From IMG/VR virus record IMGVR_UViG_3300034190_001361, positions 1 through 33,828 of that record: a stretch of 33,828 bases of DNA. One strand, 5' to 3'. The notes beneath the pieces are model-generated. The model was given only the letters and a program-made list of their open reading frames with translations. It ran no database searches and had not been told where the DNA came from. Made by a program: the position numbers and the translations under genes. Position 1 is the first letter of the stretch, and the number at the start of each line of letters is the position of its first letter. The stretch comes from a virus (Duplodnaviria > Caudoviricetes). This document shows positions 24,968 through 33,828 of the stretch, piece by piece.

Positions 24968-27900
24968 ATGGCAGATTTTAATCAAAATGATTTAAACGCT
25001 TTCTTTGAAGAGGAAGACGAAAAGAAAAAAGTGAAGCCGGTTGAATCAGGACAGTTTACTCAGGCTGACTTAGACGACTTCTTTAAGGAAGAAGAACAAC
25101 CTGCCATTATGCAAAACGGCTACACACCGTTCGGTGAAGTTAAACAAGATGTGAATCATCGTGACCTATATTCTAACGACGACTGGGTACGTGGTTCACA
25201 GAACTTCTTTGAAATGACATACGGCTACGTCCCTCAAAAGGGGGACGACAAGTTAGAAGGTTACGATGGTTCTTCATACCGTGAGAAGCTTGCAGATTAT
25301 GGCCTGAAACAAATGGCTGGCTTTAATTTCAACATCGGTGACATGACTATCGACGCTACACGAGTTATGAAGTCTGACCAAAAGATGAAAGAGTCTTTTG
25401 TCTATATGCTCGATCAGTATGACAATGTTGACACCTCTTGGCACACAGCAGGACAAGCTGGCTGGGAGATGATGACTGATATTACTAACTGGGCAGGACT
25501 ACTAACACTTGGTACTGCAACAGTCGCTGGTACAGCCGCTAAGTTTGTGGGTAAGCAAGGTGTTAAAGAGCTTATCCAAGCGTCACTCGCTAAGGGTTCT
25601 AAGGAAGCAGCAAAGGCATCAGCAAAAGCAGGTCTTAATACATCTGCCAAACGTGCAGGCGCTTTAGCTGGTACAGAGGGAATGATTCACGGCGTAGCAA
25701 TGGACGCTACCACACAGCGTGTGCGTATGGATGCAGGCGCTCAAGAAGAATACAACACAGCCCAAACACTTATGATTGGTGGTATAGGTCTTGCCGGGGG
25801 AGCTATCCTTGGTACGGCGCTAGACTTAGGCATCTCAAAGATTGCCTCAAAGAAGTTTGGTAAGGAAGCAGCAGAAAGAATTGCTAAGGAAGACCAAGCA
25901 AAAATCCAAGCACAGATTATAGCAGAAAGAAAGCTACAAACTGCACAAGCTGAAGCAGGTGTTATTACTAAAGCTGTTAATGATGAAGCCCCTTCAGGCG
26001 ACATTGACAAATTAGTAAATGGCACAACCGATGCAGCCAAAGCTGTTGATGAAGAAGTCCCAGTTATTCCAACACTACCTAATAATCTTAAAGGTGCTAA
26101 ACCTACTTACAACTACGGCACAACAAAGGTTGACTTAGAGTTTGAAAATGACATCGCGAGAGCTTTGTACATTGTTGGCAACACCAAACGTCCAAGTAAG
26201 AACCACCACCTGTATATGGATTTCTTAACGAAGGCTGGTGTAAAAGATATTGACACATTAGCTGCTGCCATTCGGCCTGCGATTAATGCTGCCGCTAAGA
26301 AAGGTGAGGTTAATTTTAAGGTTGGTTATGGTGGTAAGTTAAAACCAAAAGCTAAACCAAAGAGCAAAGCAAAGCCAAAGGACACGAGCGATCCTCGTCC
26401 ACCTAAAGCTAAACTTGCACCTAGTGTATTTAAACACGCACATAACATCTTTGACACAGTGAAGAATGATAAGGATGCAGTACAAAAGATTCTTACAGAC
26501 TTTGAAGAGAACCAATACACCCCCAAAGAGTTTGAAGAAGTTCTTAAGCAGATTAACGCTGCTGACGAGTTGATGGGATTTGAGTTGGATCGTGTTGTTG
26601 GTATGCTGGCAAAGAAGGATTTAATCGACAGCGAAAAACGTGTTCTGGAAGATGCCTTAATTAAAACAAACATCGACTTAGATCGCATGGGTGAAATACG
26701 TCAGCACGCTAATGCGTACTCAGGTAGAAACCTCGAAGCTATTAAGCAGTTTATGACTTACCGAAAAGAAATTGGTGAGGAAATGACGGACGCTGAAGTG
26801 AAAACAGCTAAAGGGAAATACTACAACAGCCAACTTCAGAAGATACACTCAGAGCACAACGTAGGTATCGATGAGGCTCTTAAGAAGGGTGACTTTGAGG
26901 AAGCCAGCAAGCTACGTACAGCTCGTGAAGCTGACCCTGAGTTCCAACGCTTGAACGAAGAGATGGTTGAGCTTGATATTGAAAGAACATTTATGCCAAG
27001 TAAGAAATCTCAATTGGATGAACAGATTCTTGAGTGGTCTATCTCCGGTGTATTTAGTACATCGACGATTGTGTTTAACACTGTGTGGCCTTTAATGAAG
27101 ACACACTTCTATCCGCTACTTGATGCAACATTCTCTGATCCACTAAAGAAACTAACATGGCAGAAGAACCTCCGGGTTTACTCTCAGATGGCTGGGTCGA
27201 TGAAAGCTGCAATGGTATCAGCTAGAGCAGCAGCAGCGCATGAACAAACATTCCTAACACGAGATCCCACAAGATTCCTTGAGGGTGGTGTGAAGGTAGA
27301 TAAAGTATTAGGTTCAGCAAGAGCAGCGCAGTTTATGCGTTTCTTCCCGAGACTTGTAGGTTCGTCTGATGCGTTTAACCAAGAGATTGCCGCAGTGTCT
27401 GTATTAACTGCAAATGCTTTTGACCAGTTAGCCGACATTGGTACAAAGAACGGGTTGAAAGGGAAAGGTTTAACAGACTTTATTGATAGCAACATTCAAA
27501 AAGAAATTAACAAAGGGTATGACTTCCACATTACGGAAAAGAAACTTAAGCCTATCTTTGAGACAGGTACTAGACGTGGATACACTGGTAAGAAGTTAGA
27601 AGATTACGTACAAGGTGAAATTGACAGACTAGGAAAGGGTGCTTTTAAATCTCTAGGTGATGGAGCCGGTTCTAAAGAAATACGTGAAACAGCCGAACAG
27701 TTGTTCAAGGAGGGAACGCTTGAAAGCAAAGCCGCCGCCAAAGCCTTAATGGCGGAAGCCGACTCTATGGATGCCATGGGGGATGAGGCTTTATTAGCAG
27801 TACAGACCTTACTTTATAAAAAGGATTTCAAAAAAGGAGGTAAGGGCTTCACAGGTAAAGTAGAACACGGTGCCGCAGTCTATGAGGACTTTGCAAAAGC

Positions 27901-29221
27901 AAACGCATGGGCTAAGATCACTGGTAACTACTTCTTTAGAACACCCGCATGGTTGTTTAACGAGTCTTTACGTTTGACTCCGGGCATCAACTCCCTTCTT
28001 CCACAGTTCAAGAATGACTTAGGTGGTGTTAATGGCCCCGGTCGTCAGGCGCGAGCTAAAACGGAAGCAGCAGTTGCGTATGCTTGGATGACTTATGTAA
28101 TGACAAAGTTTGCTCAAGGGCAAATCTCAGGAAGTGCTAACACTGACTACACGATGACTGGCGAGAAGAACACATCTACTATGCGTCCTCTCACTATTAA
28201 GGATCCCTTCTTCTTTGACGGAGGAAAGGAAGTGTCATTCGCTCGTTGGGAACCATTACGCATTCCAGCTACAATCGTTACTAATGTTCTTCAAGGTTAC
28301 TTAGATCATCAAGAAAAGATTAACATGGATGGTATTAAAGATGATGGTTTATTACCTGACGAAGTTTCATCAGGGATTGGTATTGCTTTTGCTACAGCTA
28401 TTTCAGCTATACGTGACTCAGCTATGACACAGGGCATTACAGATGCAATTAGTACAGGTGTGAAAGCAACTGGCTATTTGTCAGAGACTGATCAGGATCA
28501 AGAGAAAGCATTTGACGTTCTTTCTGATTTTGTTGTGAAGAAACTACTAGCCGTTATTCCTAGCACTATTAAGAAGACGCAAGAAGCGATGGGTGCTGAT
28601 GAAATTGTGCAGCCTAAAACTAAGTATCAAAAGTTTCACGCGATGATTGACCCTAATTGGGCAGGACTCCCAAGACGTTATGATACTTTTGGACACATCA
28701 TGCAAAGAGAAGCAGCCTACACTCAGGTAACTGGGTTCGGTGCAGCTTACGCAGATGATCTCAAACAAGGACGTAGTGATGACCATATGAAGGCTAACGA
28801 TTTTCTAGCAGAGTTAGAAGCGCAAGGCTTTGGTAATCTTACACGTCAGAAGATTAAGGACAGCCAATTCCCCGGTAAAGATTTAAGAACTATTCAGGTT
28901 CAATACAATGATCGGGAAATGTCTTTATTCGACGCAATGATGTTAGAGATGGCAGATGATAACGGCGTATTAATTAGTAACATCGTTTTCTATGCTGATG
29001 CCACACAGCTACCTTTAGGAAGCCCACTCAATACCTCCACACATGGAGTAAGAGTGACAGAAACTAAAAAGCTAATCTCTGATGCACGTAAAAGAGCATT
29101 GGACGCAGTGATTCTACAGAATAAACAATTGTGGAACCAAGTCCAAGATCAGAACTTCTTTGAAGATCAACTTAGTATAGGTAAGTCCACAAACCGTGGC
29201 AACAACCCTTTAATAAATTAA
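24968..29221 (+). CDS. Internal virion protein D (T7 gp16 position)
   Basis: 1417 aa with Gly/Ala-rich hydrophobic segments; size and synteny. Confidence 0.7.
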   Translation: MADFNQNDLNAFFEEEDEKKKVKPVESGQFTQADLDDFFKEEEQPAIMQNGYTPFGEVKQDVNHRDLYSNDDWVRGSQNFFEMTYGYVPQKGDDKLEGYDGSSYREKLADYGLKQMAGFNFNIGDMTIDATRVMKSDQKMKESFVYMLDQYDNVDTSWHTAGQAGWEMMTDITNWAGLLTLGTATVAGTAAKFVGKQGVKELIQASLAKGSKEAAKASAKAGLNTSAKRAGALAGTEGMIHGVAMDATTQRVRMDAGAQEEYNTAQTLMIGGIGLAGGAILGTALDLGISKIASKKFGKEAAERIAKEDQAKIQAQIIAERKLQTAQAEAGVITKAVNDEAPSGDIDKLVNGTTDAAKAVDEEVPVIPTLPNNLKGAKPTYNYGTTKVDLEFENDIARALYIVGNTKRPSKNHHLYMDFLTKAGVKDIDTLAAAIRPAINAAAKKGEVNFKVGYGGKLKPKAKPKSKAKPKDTSDPRPPKAKLAPSVFKHAHNIFDTVKNDKDAVQKILTDFEENQYTPKEFEEVLKQINAADELMGFELDRVVGMLAKKDLIDSEKRVLEDALIKTNIDLDRMGEIRQHANAYSGRNLEAIKQFMTYRKEIGEEMTDAEVKTAKGKYYNSQLQKIHSEHNVGIDEALKKGDFEEASKLRTAREADPEFQRLNEEMVELDIERTFMPSKKSQLDEQILEWSISGVFSTSTIVFNTVWPLMKTHFYPLLDATFSDPLKKLTWQKNLRVYSQMAGSMKAAMVSARAAAAHEQTFLTRDPTRFLEGGVKVDKVLGSARAAQFMRFFPRLVGSSDAFNQEIAAVSVLTANAFDQLADIGTKNGLKGKGLTDFIDSNIQKEINKGYDFHITEKKLKPIFETGTRRGYTGKKLEDYVQGEIDRLGKGAFKSLGDGAGSKEIRETAEQLFKEGTLESKAAAKALMAEADSMDAMGDEALLAVQTLLYKKDFKKGGKGFTGKVEHGAAVYEDFAKANAWAKITGNYFFRTPAWLFNESLRLTPGINSLLPQFKNDLGGVNGPGRQARAKTEAAVAYAWMTYVMTKFAQGQISGSANTDYTMTGEKNTSTMRPLTIKDPFFFDGGKEVSFARWEPLRIPATIVTNVLQGYLDHQEKINMDGIKDDGLLPDEVSSGIGIAFATAISAIRDSAMTQGITDAISTGVKATGYLSETDQDQEKAFDVLSDFVVKKLLAVIPSTIKKTQEAMGADEIVQPKTKYQKFHAMIDPNWAGLPRRYDTFGHIMQREAAYTQVTGFGAAYADDLKQGRSDDHMKANDFLAELEAQGFGNLTRQKIKDSQFPGKDLRTIQVQYNDREMSLFDAMMLEMADDNGVLISNIVFYADATQLPLGSPLNTSTHGVRVTETKKLISDARKRALDAVILQNKQLWNQVQDQNFFEDQLSIGKSTNRGNNPLIN

Positions 29222-29236
29222 ACACAGGAAAATTTA

Positions 29237-32200
29237 ATGGCAAACTCATATCAAGAATATACGGCAGGTAATGTATCTTCAAGCACTGCCTTCACCACTC
29301 CTTCCTACCTACCGGGTAGGGGGGCAACCGATTTGGTTGTTAGTGTTGATGGTCAAACACAAAGTGGTGCAGCTTATAATTTAGTGGGCACTTCTATAAC
29401 TTTTAACAATGCCTACCTCCCAGCAACCGGTTCCATCATACGTATCACTCGTAACTCAAGCCAAGGCGCACGCCTAAACGATTACAACGATGCGTCTCTT
29501 TTAACAGCCGACGCTTTAGACCAAGATGCTAACCAGTTATTCTACGTAGCTCAAGAAGCTTTAGACACAGCCGGGGAGACAAACCTTGCAGCGGGTACAT
29601 TTTATTACGCTCAAGGCGCAGCCCCTGAGTCAACTGTAGCTGGTACTTTGTGGTACGACACTGCAAGTTCTCCAAACGTCCTAAAGGTTTATAATGGAAC
29701 CGGCTGGGAACTCACAGTTCCGGTAAGCGTAAAGAAACAATATAGAAATGCTGGAGGCAGTGGATTTATAGCGGTCAGTGACGCAGGTACATCAGCTTAC
29801 TACAATAACAGATCTTACATCATCGATACAGCTTTCAATGATAAAGCTGAAGTTTATCTAAACGGTGTACGCCTGCTTTCTACAACAAGCCTCCCAACTG
29901 TTGGCACGACTAACGGCGGTGATTACTTCCACGATGCCTCCACTAATAGAGTGTATTTTGAAGACTTATCTCAAGCAACTGACGTGCTGGAAATTATCAC
30001 GCACTCAGGTTCCTTTAGTACGGCTATTGCAGCGTCGGAAGCACAAGCAATAACAAGTGCAGCAGAGGCAGTAGTTAGTGCAAGCACTGCATCAACTCAA
30101 GCAGGTATAGCAACAACTAAAGCTGGGGAAGCAGCAGCCTCCGCAGTCACAGCAGCAGAACAAGTTCCTTTAGCAGCAGCAGAGAAGACAGCAGCAATTA
30201 CGGCTAAAGACGCAGCGGTTGTGGCAAAGAATGCAGCAGAAGCAGCTCGTGATAATTCAGCGGTACAGGCACTCGCCACTAACCTCGCTAATGGATCTAC
30301 CAGCACTATTAACGTAGTTGCAGGTATTGAAAACGAAGTTACAACTGTATCTGGATTGAGCACTGAGCTAGGTGTTGTTTCCCAAAACGCATATAAAACC
30401 AGCATCACAACTGTAGGTGAATCTAGTTACAAGCAAAAAGTTATCACTGTAGCAGATAATGTCTCAGATGTTACGACGGTGGCAACCGACATCACAGCCG
30501 TACAAGGTGCTTCAGCAAATGCTTCTACAGCTACTACCAAAGCCCAAGAGGCAGCAGCTAGTGCAGCAACAGCAACAACTCAAGCAGGTATAGCAACAAC
30601 TAAAGCTGGGGAAGCAACAACCACTCTTGCAAGCACTGTTAAAGTAACAGGTAATCAATCAGTAGCTGGTGTAAAAACTTTTACAAATAAAGCCGTATTC
30701 TTAAACGACAATAACTTCACTAACGTAGAGTTGCAAAGCACTGACGATGATGCAAACAGTGGCCCAAATTTATTATTAAGGCGTAACTCTGCTTCACCAA
30801 GCGCAGGTGATATTATAGGTGTTGTAAGTTTTTCTGGTAATACCACAGACGCACAAAATAATATTGTAACTACTAAGAACTTTACTCAGCTTCTTTCAAC
30901 GTGTGAAAATTCATTGGATGGTTCCGAAGGAGCTTCGGTAACTTTAAAAGGACGCCGTGCAGGCACTATGCAAAACTTCCTTTCTTCTAAACCTGTAGAT
31001 GGAACTACTCAGTGGGAAACTGTTTTAAATGAAGGCAGTGCTGACGTAGATTTTAGAGTTGAGAGTAACCAGAAGACTCATTTGATTTTTGCAGATGGTG
31101 CGACGAATAACGTCGGTATAGATAACGCCTCCCCCCAAGAAAGCCTTGACGTAACCGGTAACATTAAAGCAAGTGGTACACTGTACGCTTCTGATTTAGT
31201 CTTGGACGACACAACCCCCACTATTAGTCTACAAGATAATGATGGTTCTGGTACTGGTGAAGTTTTACAAAATGCTCAGGAATTAATCTTACGGTCTACA
31301 GGCTCTGGAAACGCATTTGGTAGTATTTCTTTTATAACTAAAGATGGCAACGGAAATGGTGTAGAGCGTTTAGCTCTTTCAAATGCTGGTGATTTCAAAG
31401 TATTTAAACCTGACGGAACTAAAGGATTATTCCTAGATGTATCTTCTGGTCGCTTAGGTGTTAATAAGAATGACAACCCTGTAGCAACTTTAGATGTTGA
31501 TGGTGATGGTAAGTTTACGGGTGAACTAGAAGTAGGCGGTAATACAACCGTAACCGGGTCTATATTAGCAACAAGAAGCTCAAACCCCCCTTTAGCAGCC
31601 AACCGTGTAAACTCTAGTGGCCCTTTATTTCAAGGCAAGGTTGATAGCACTAATGTGGTTTATGTTGGGCATGACGGTAATAACGCCTACCTCACAAATA
31701 TTGCAGATGGTGGTATACGTGTTTCAGGTGCTGCTGTTAAACCTACTAGAAATGGTTTTAATTCTAACGATGATGCTTGTGACTTAGGAGCTGCGGGTAG
31801 CCAGTTTAAAACCCTTTACATTTCTGAAGGTGTTGATTTTGGTAACTCCACAACAAATGTAACCAATACTAAGTTGGATGACTATGAAGAGGGTACGTGG
31901 ACTCCTACGTATACAACCGCTACTGGTGATGGGTTAGGAGCTATTTCTTATGCCTCCGATACTAGAGGGCATTATACTAAAATAGGTAATCAAGTGTTTG
32001 TCCATGGTCGTATTAAAACCACAGCGTTTAATGCTGGAACGGCCACAGGTTCCATGCGCATAGGTAATCTACCTTTTGGTACTGCCTCGATAGGTACACA
32101 GGCATCGGGCAATTGTATTATTGGTAGAGCACACCTTTTTGATGGCTATATGCCCATTACTGGTCAGGTGTTAAACAACAGCACTCACATCCAACTGATA

Positions 32201-32314
32201 AAGCATACAGACCCAACGGCTATTCAAACTACTTTTGGTATTGCCTTAATGACGTCAGGTACGGTTACCGGAAACGACGTAGCCTTTAGTGCGATGTATT
32301 GGACGAACAGCTAA
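29237..32314 (+). CDS. Tail fibre protein (T7 gp17-like N-terminus)
   Basis: N-terminal 'IRITRNS...DYNDASLLTADALD..ANQLFYVAQE'; Ala/Thr-rich coiled-coil; beta-rich distal part with 'LDDYEEGTWTP'. Confidence 0.92.
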   Translation: MANSYQEYTAGNVSSSTAFTTPSYLPGRGATDLVVSVDGQTQSGAAYNLVGTSITFNNAYLPATGSIIRITRNSSQGARLNDYNDASLLTADALDQDANQLFYVAQEALDTAGETNLAAGTFYYAQGAAPESTVAGTLWYDTASSPNVLKVYNGTGWELTVPVSVKKQYRNAGGSGFIAVSDAGTSAYYNNRSYIIDTAFNDKAEVYLNGVRLLSTTSLPTVGTTNGGDYFHDASTNRVYFEDLSQATDVLEIITHSGSFSTAIAASEAQAITSAAEAVVSASTASTQAGIATTKAGEAAASAVTAAEQVPLAAAEKTAAITAKDAAVVAKNAAEAARDNSAVQALATNLANGSTSTINVVAGIENEVTTVSGLSTELGVVSQNAYKTSITTVGESSYKQKVITVADNVSDVTTVATDITAVQGASANASTATTKAQEAAASAATATTQAGIATTKAGEATTTLASTVKVTGNQSVAGVKTFTNKAVFLNDNNFTNVELQSTDDDANSGPNLLLRRNSASPSAGDIIGVVSFSGNTTDAQNNIVTTKNFTQLLSTCENSLDGSEGASVTLKGRRAGTMQNFLSSKPVDGTTQWETVLNEGSADVDFRVESNQKTHLIFADGATNNVGIDNASPQESLDVTGNIKASGTLYASDLVLDDTTPTISLQDNDGSGTGEVLQNAQELILRSTGSGNAFGSISFITKDGNGNGVERLALSNAGDFKVFKPDGTKGLFLDVSSGRLGVNKNDNPVATLDVDGDGKFTGELEVGGNTTVTGSILATRSSNPPLAANRVNSSGPLFQGKVDSTNVVYVGHDGNNAYLTNIADGGIRVSGAAVKPTRNGFNSNDDACDLGAAGSQFKTLYISEGVDFGNSTTNVTNTKLDDYEEGTWTPTYTTATGDGLGAISYASDTRGHYTKIGNQVFVHGRIKTTAFNAGTATGSMRIGNLPFGTASIGTQASGNCIIGRAHLFDGYMPITGQVLNNSTHIQLIKHTDPTAIQTTFGIALMTSGTVTGNDVAFSAMYWTNS
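30093..30616 (+). repeat. 41-bp exact direct repeat (30093-30133 and 30576-30616) inside tail fibre
   Basis: CAACTCAAGCAGGTATAGCAACAACTAAAGCTGGGGAAGCA twice, 483 bp apart, same frame (TQAGIATTKAGEA). Confidence 0.9.
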
Positions 32315-32325
32315 GAAATAAATTA

Positions 32326-32357
32326 TGCCCCCTTCGGATGGAGGGGGTGGACTTTTT
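32326..32357 (+). terminator. Hairpin after tail fibre (terminator-like or regulatory)
   Basis: GCCCCCTTC-GGAT-GGAGGGGGT then GGAC and T5; T-run is offset from the stem. Confidence 0.5.
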
Positions 32358-32379
32358 AATTTAACAATAGGAAAATAAA

Positions 32380-32625
32380 ATGAGTTTAACAAAAGAATTA
32401 GTAGAAGATAAGATTGAAATTGTTGGTGAGTTTAAAGCCGTACAGGTTAGAACCGCTACCGTAATTAAAGACGATGGTTTAGAGCTTAGTAGAAGCTTCA
32501 GCAGAAAAGTAATCGTAGCTGGTCAGGATTATTCTGAAGAGTCCCCGCAAGTGCAGGCCATTTGTGCCGCTGTCCACACCCCCGACGTGGTAGCTGCTTT
32601 TGTTGCTACGCAAGGTGGTGACTAA
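32380..32625 (+). CDS. Small tail-fibre-associated protein
   Basis: 81 aa, AGGA SD; 'EDKIEIVG...VQVRTATVI..DG.ELSRSF.R' directly after the fibre; function inferred from position. Confidence 0.75.
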   Translation: MSLTKELVEDKIEIVGEFKAVQVRTATVIKDDGLELSRSFSRKVIVAGQDYSEESPQVQAICAAVHTPDVVAAFVATQGGD

Positions 32626-32626
32626 T

Positions 32627-33828
32627 ATGACGAAGGCACGCGATATAGCAAACAATGTAATTGTCCCTCCAGCAAGCCATACAGCTCTAAAGGTACTAAA
32701 CGTGCCCGGAGCTGCCCTTGAAAAATACAACTTGACTCGAGAGGGTACAGGCTTAACTAATGTTACTCAAGGCTTTACCGTTGATCCTTATACTGGCGAG
32801 CTTTTCACAAGTCACAAAACTTCTAATAGTCTTGTAGTTAATAAATTTGATTCAACAGGTGATGTATCGCAAACAGCCTCAAAATGGAATAGCATACCAA
32901 GCCAATCACTAGGCACGCAGCAGTTAGACGTAAGCTGGGACAAAGACGGAAACCGTTGGTTTTGGACTTCAGCGCCGCCAACTCAATCAGGACAGGCTAA
33001 GTATATTAAACGCTTTAAAATAGCCGACGGTGCAGGCACTTCACTAGCTTTGACAAACTTTGAGATGTATCAAGTATACACCGATGCGGAAGTTTCAAAC
33101 GGATCTGGCGGTCAGTGTACTTGTTCGGTTTCACTCGATGGGCGTTATCTGGTAACCGAGTATAGTGGGTCTTTCACAAAACTAATAAAAGTTTTTAACC
33201 TACAAGACGTGATGGACGGTGGAACCGACGTTAGCACGGCGCAAGAATACTCGTTCACTATTGGATTTAACTCAGTCGAGCGGCCTTTACAGGGCATCGC
33301 TTGTGACGGCGCATACGTATATACTTTTACCGGGAACGTAGACCCCACTGACAGTGACACAGCTTCTACACTAAACGTATACGTACACACTGTGGGCGGA
33401 GCCTTAGTACAATATTACGACGACTTTGAAGTTGGCTTGACAGAAGCACAAGATGATGGTGCTGGCACAAAGTACGAGTTTGAAGGTGCTGGGTGGACTT
33501 GGCACAACGGAACGCCTCATCTTTCTATTATGATTATATCAGGTGACGAGGGTGCTAGGGTATCTCGTATCTGGGCATTAGGTGCAAAGGCTGCTGATAA
33601 TTCTATGAATAGCGGCGGTGTTAAACAAGCAATAACAGGCGTAATAACAAATGGTAACGCTAACCAAACTTCTAGCACCTTTAAGAGCAGTACGGAAGCT
33701 GGTGGTTCTGGTGATGTGGCTTTAACTATTACACCTACAGCTACAGGTAGTAAGCTTTTAGTTGGTATTCAGTGTTCTTTCAGCACATCAACTGCTGGTA
33801 AAACAGGATTGGTTGCAATTTATAGAGG
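32627..33828 (+). CDS. Second tail/receptor-binding protein with probable beta-propeller (truncated by window end; not in ORF track)
   Basis: Hand translation open to the end: MTKARDIANN...VTQGFTVDPYTGELF...PLQGIACDGAYVYTFTG...YEFEGAGW...LTITPTATGSKLLV. Confidence 0.75.
   Translation, partial: MTKARDIANNVIVPPASHTALKVLNVPGAALEKYNLTREGTGLTNVTQGFTVDPYTGELFTSHKTSNSLVVNKFDSTGDVSQTASKWNSIPSQSLGTQQLDVSWDKDGNRWFWTSAPPTQSGQAKYIKRFKIADGAGTSLALTNFEMYQVYTDAEVSNGSGGQCTCSVSLDGRYLVTEYSGSFTKLIKVFNLQDVMDGGTDVSTAQEYSFTIGFNSVERPLQGIACDGAYVYTFTGNVDPTDSDTASTLNVYVHTVGGALVQYYDDFEVGLTEAQDDGAGTKYEFEGAGWTWHNGTPHLSIMIISGDEGARVSRIWALGAKAADNSMNSGGVKQAITGVITNGNANQTSSTFKSSTEAGGSGDVALTITPTATGSKLLVGIQCSFSTSTAGKTGLVAIYR

Larger units (their letters stand above)
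1..33828 (+). mobile_element. Temperate T7-like podovirus (Autographiviridae-type) genome segment, unintegrated form
   Basis: T7-like synteny (RNAP, SSB, endo I, primase-helicase, DNA pol, exonuclease, portal, scaffold, capsid, tail tube A/B, internal proteins, fibre), single coding strand, integrase with intact attP between int and RNAP. Confidence 0.97.

Noticed and set aside
30093-30616. Diversity-generating retroelement TR/VR pair
   Set aside because: Copies are identical (no adenine-specific differences), lie mid-shaft, and no reverse transcriptase is in the window
1775-33390. Numerous minus-strand and nested alternative-frame ORFs in the track (e.g. 9502..9747, 15919..16155, 26326..26688, 33145..33390)
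   Set aside because: They lie opposite or within well-supported + strand genes and show no recognisable motifs; treated as shadow ORFs

Overview
The window is most of the genome of a temperate T7-like podovirus (Autographiviridae-type, with the gene set typical of marine members). All supported genes are on the + strand. Order: winged-helix/MarR-like regulator, 30-aa hydrophobic micro-ORF, tyrosine integrase, and an intact attP whose core is the 5' half of a tRNA-Leu(TAA). Next comes a T7-type RNA polymerase encoded as TWO adjacent ORFs (259 + 552 aa, ATGA overlap, own SD). The replication/nucleotide module holds SSB, endonuclease I, primase-helicase, GroES, family A DNA polymerase, a PD-(D/E)XK nuclease, exonuclease, DUF3310, MazG-like and class II RNR. 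The morphogenesis module holds portal, a pesticin-like muramidase, scaffold, capsid, tail tube A/B, internal proteins, a tail fibre and a second, truncated receptor-binding protein. An identical 18-mer (CCAAAGGTTCCCCTATAG) heads the replication and structural modules and is the likely phage promoter. The most notable candidate system is the apparently natural two-subunit T7-like RNAP sitting directly behind a 5'-half-tRNA attP. The genome ends, terminase and lysis genes lie outside the window. All assignments are by motif recognition and synteny; no searches were run.
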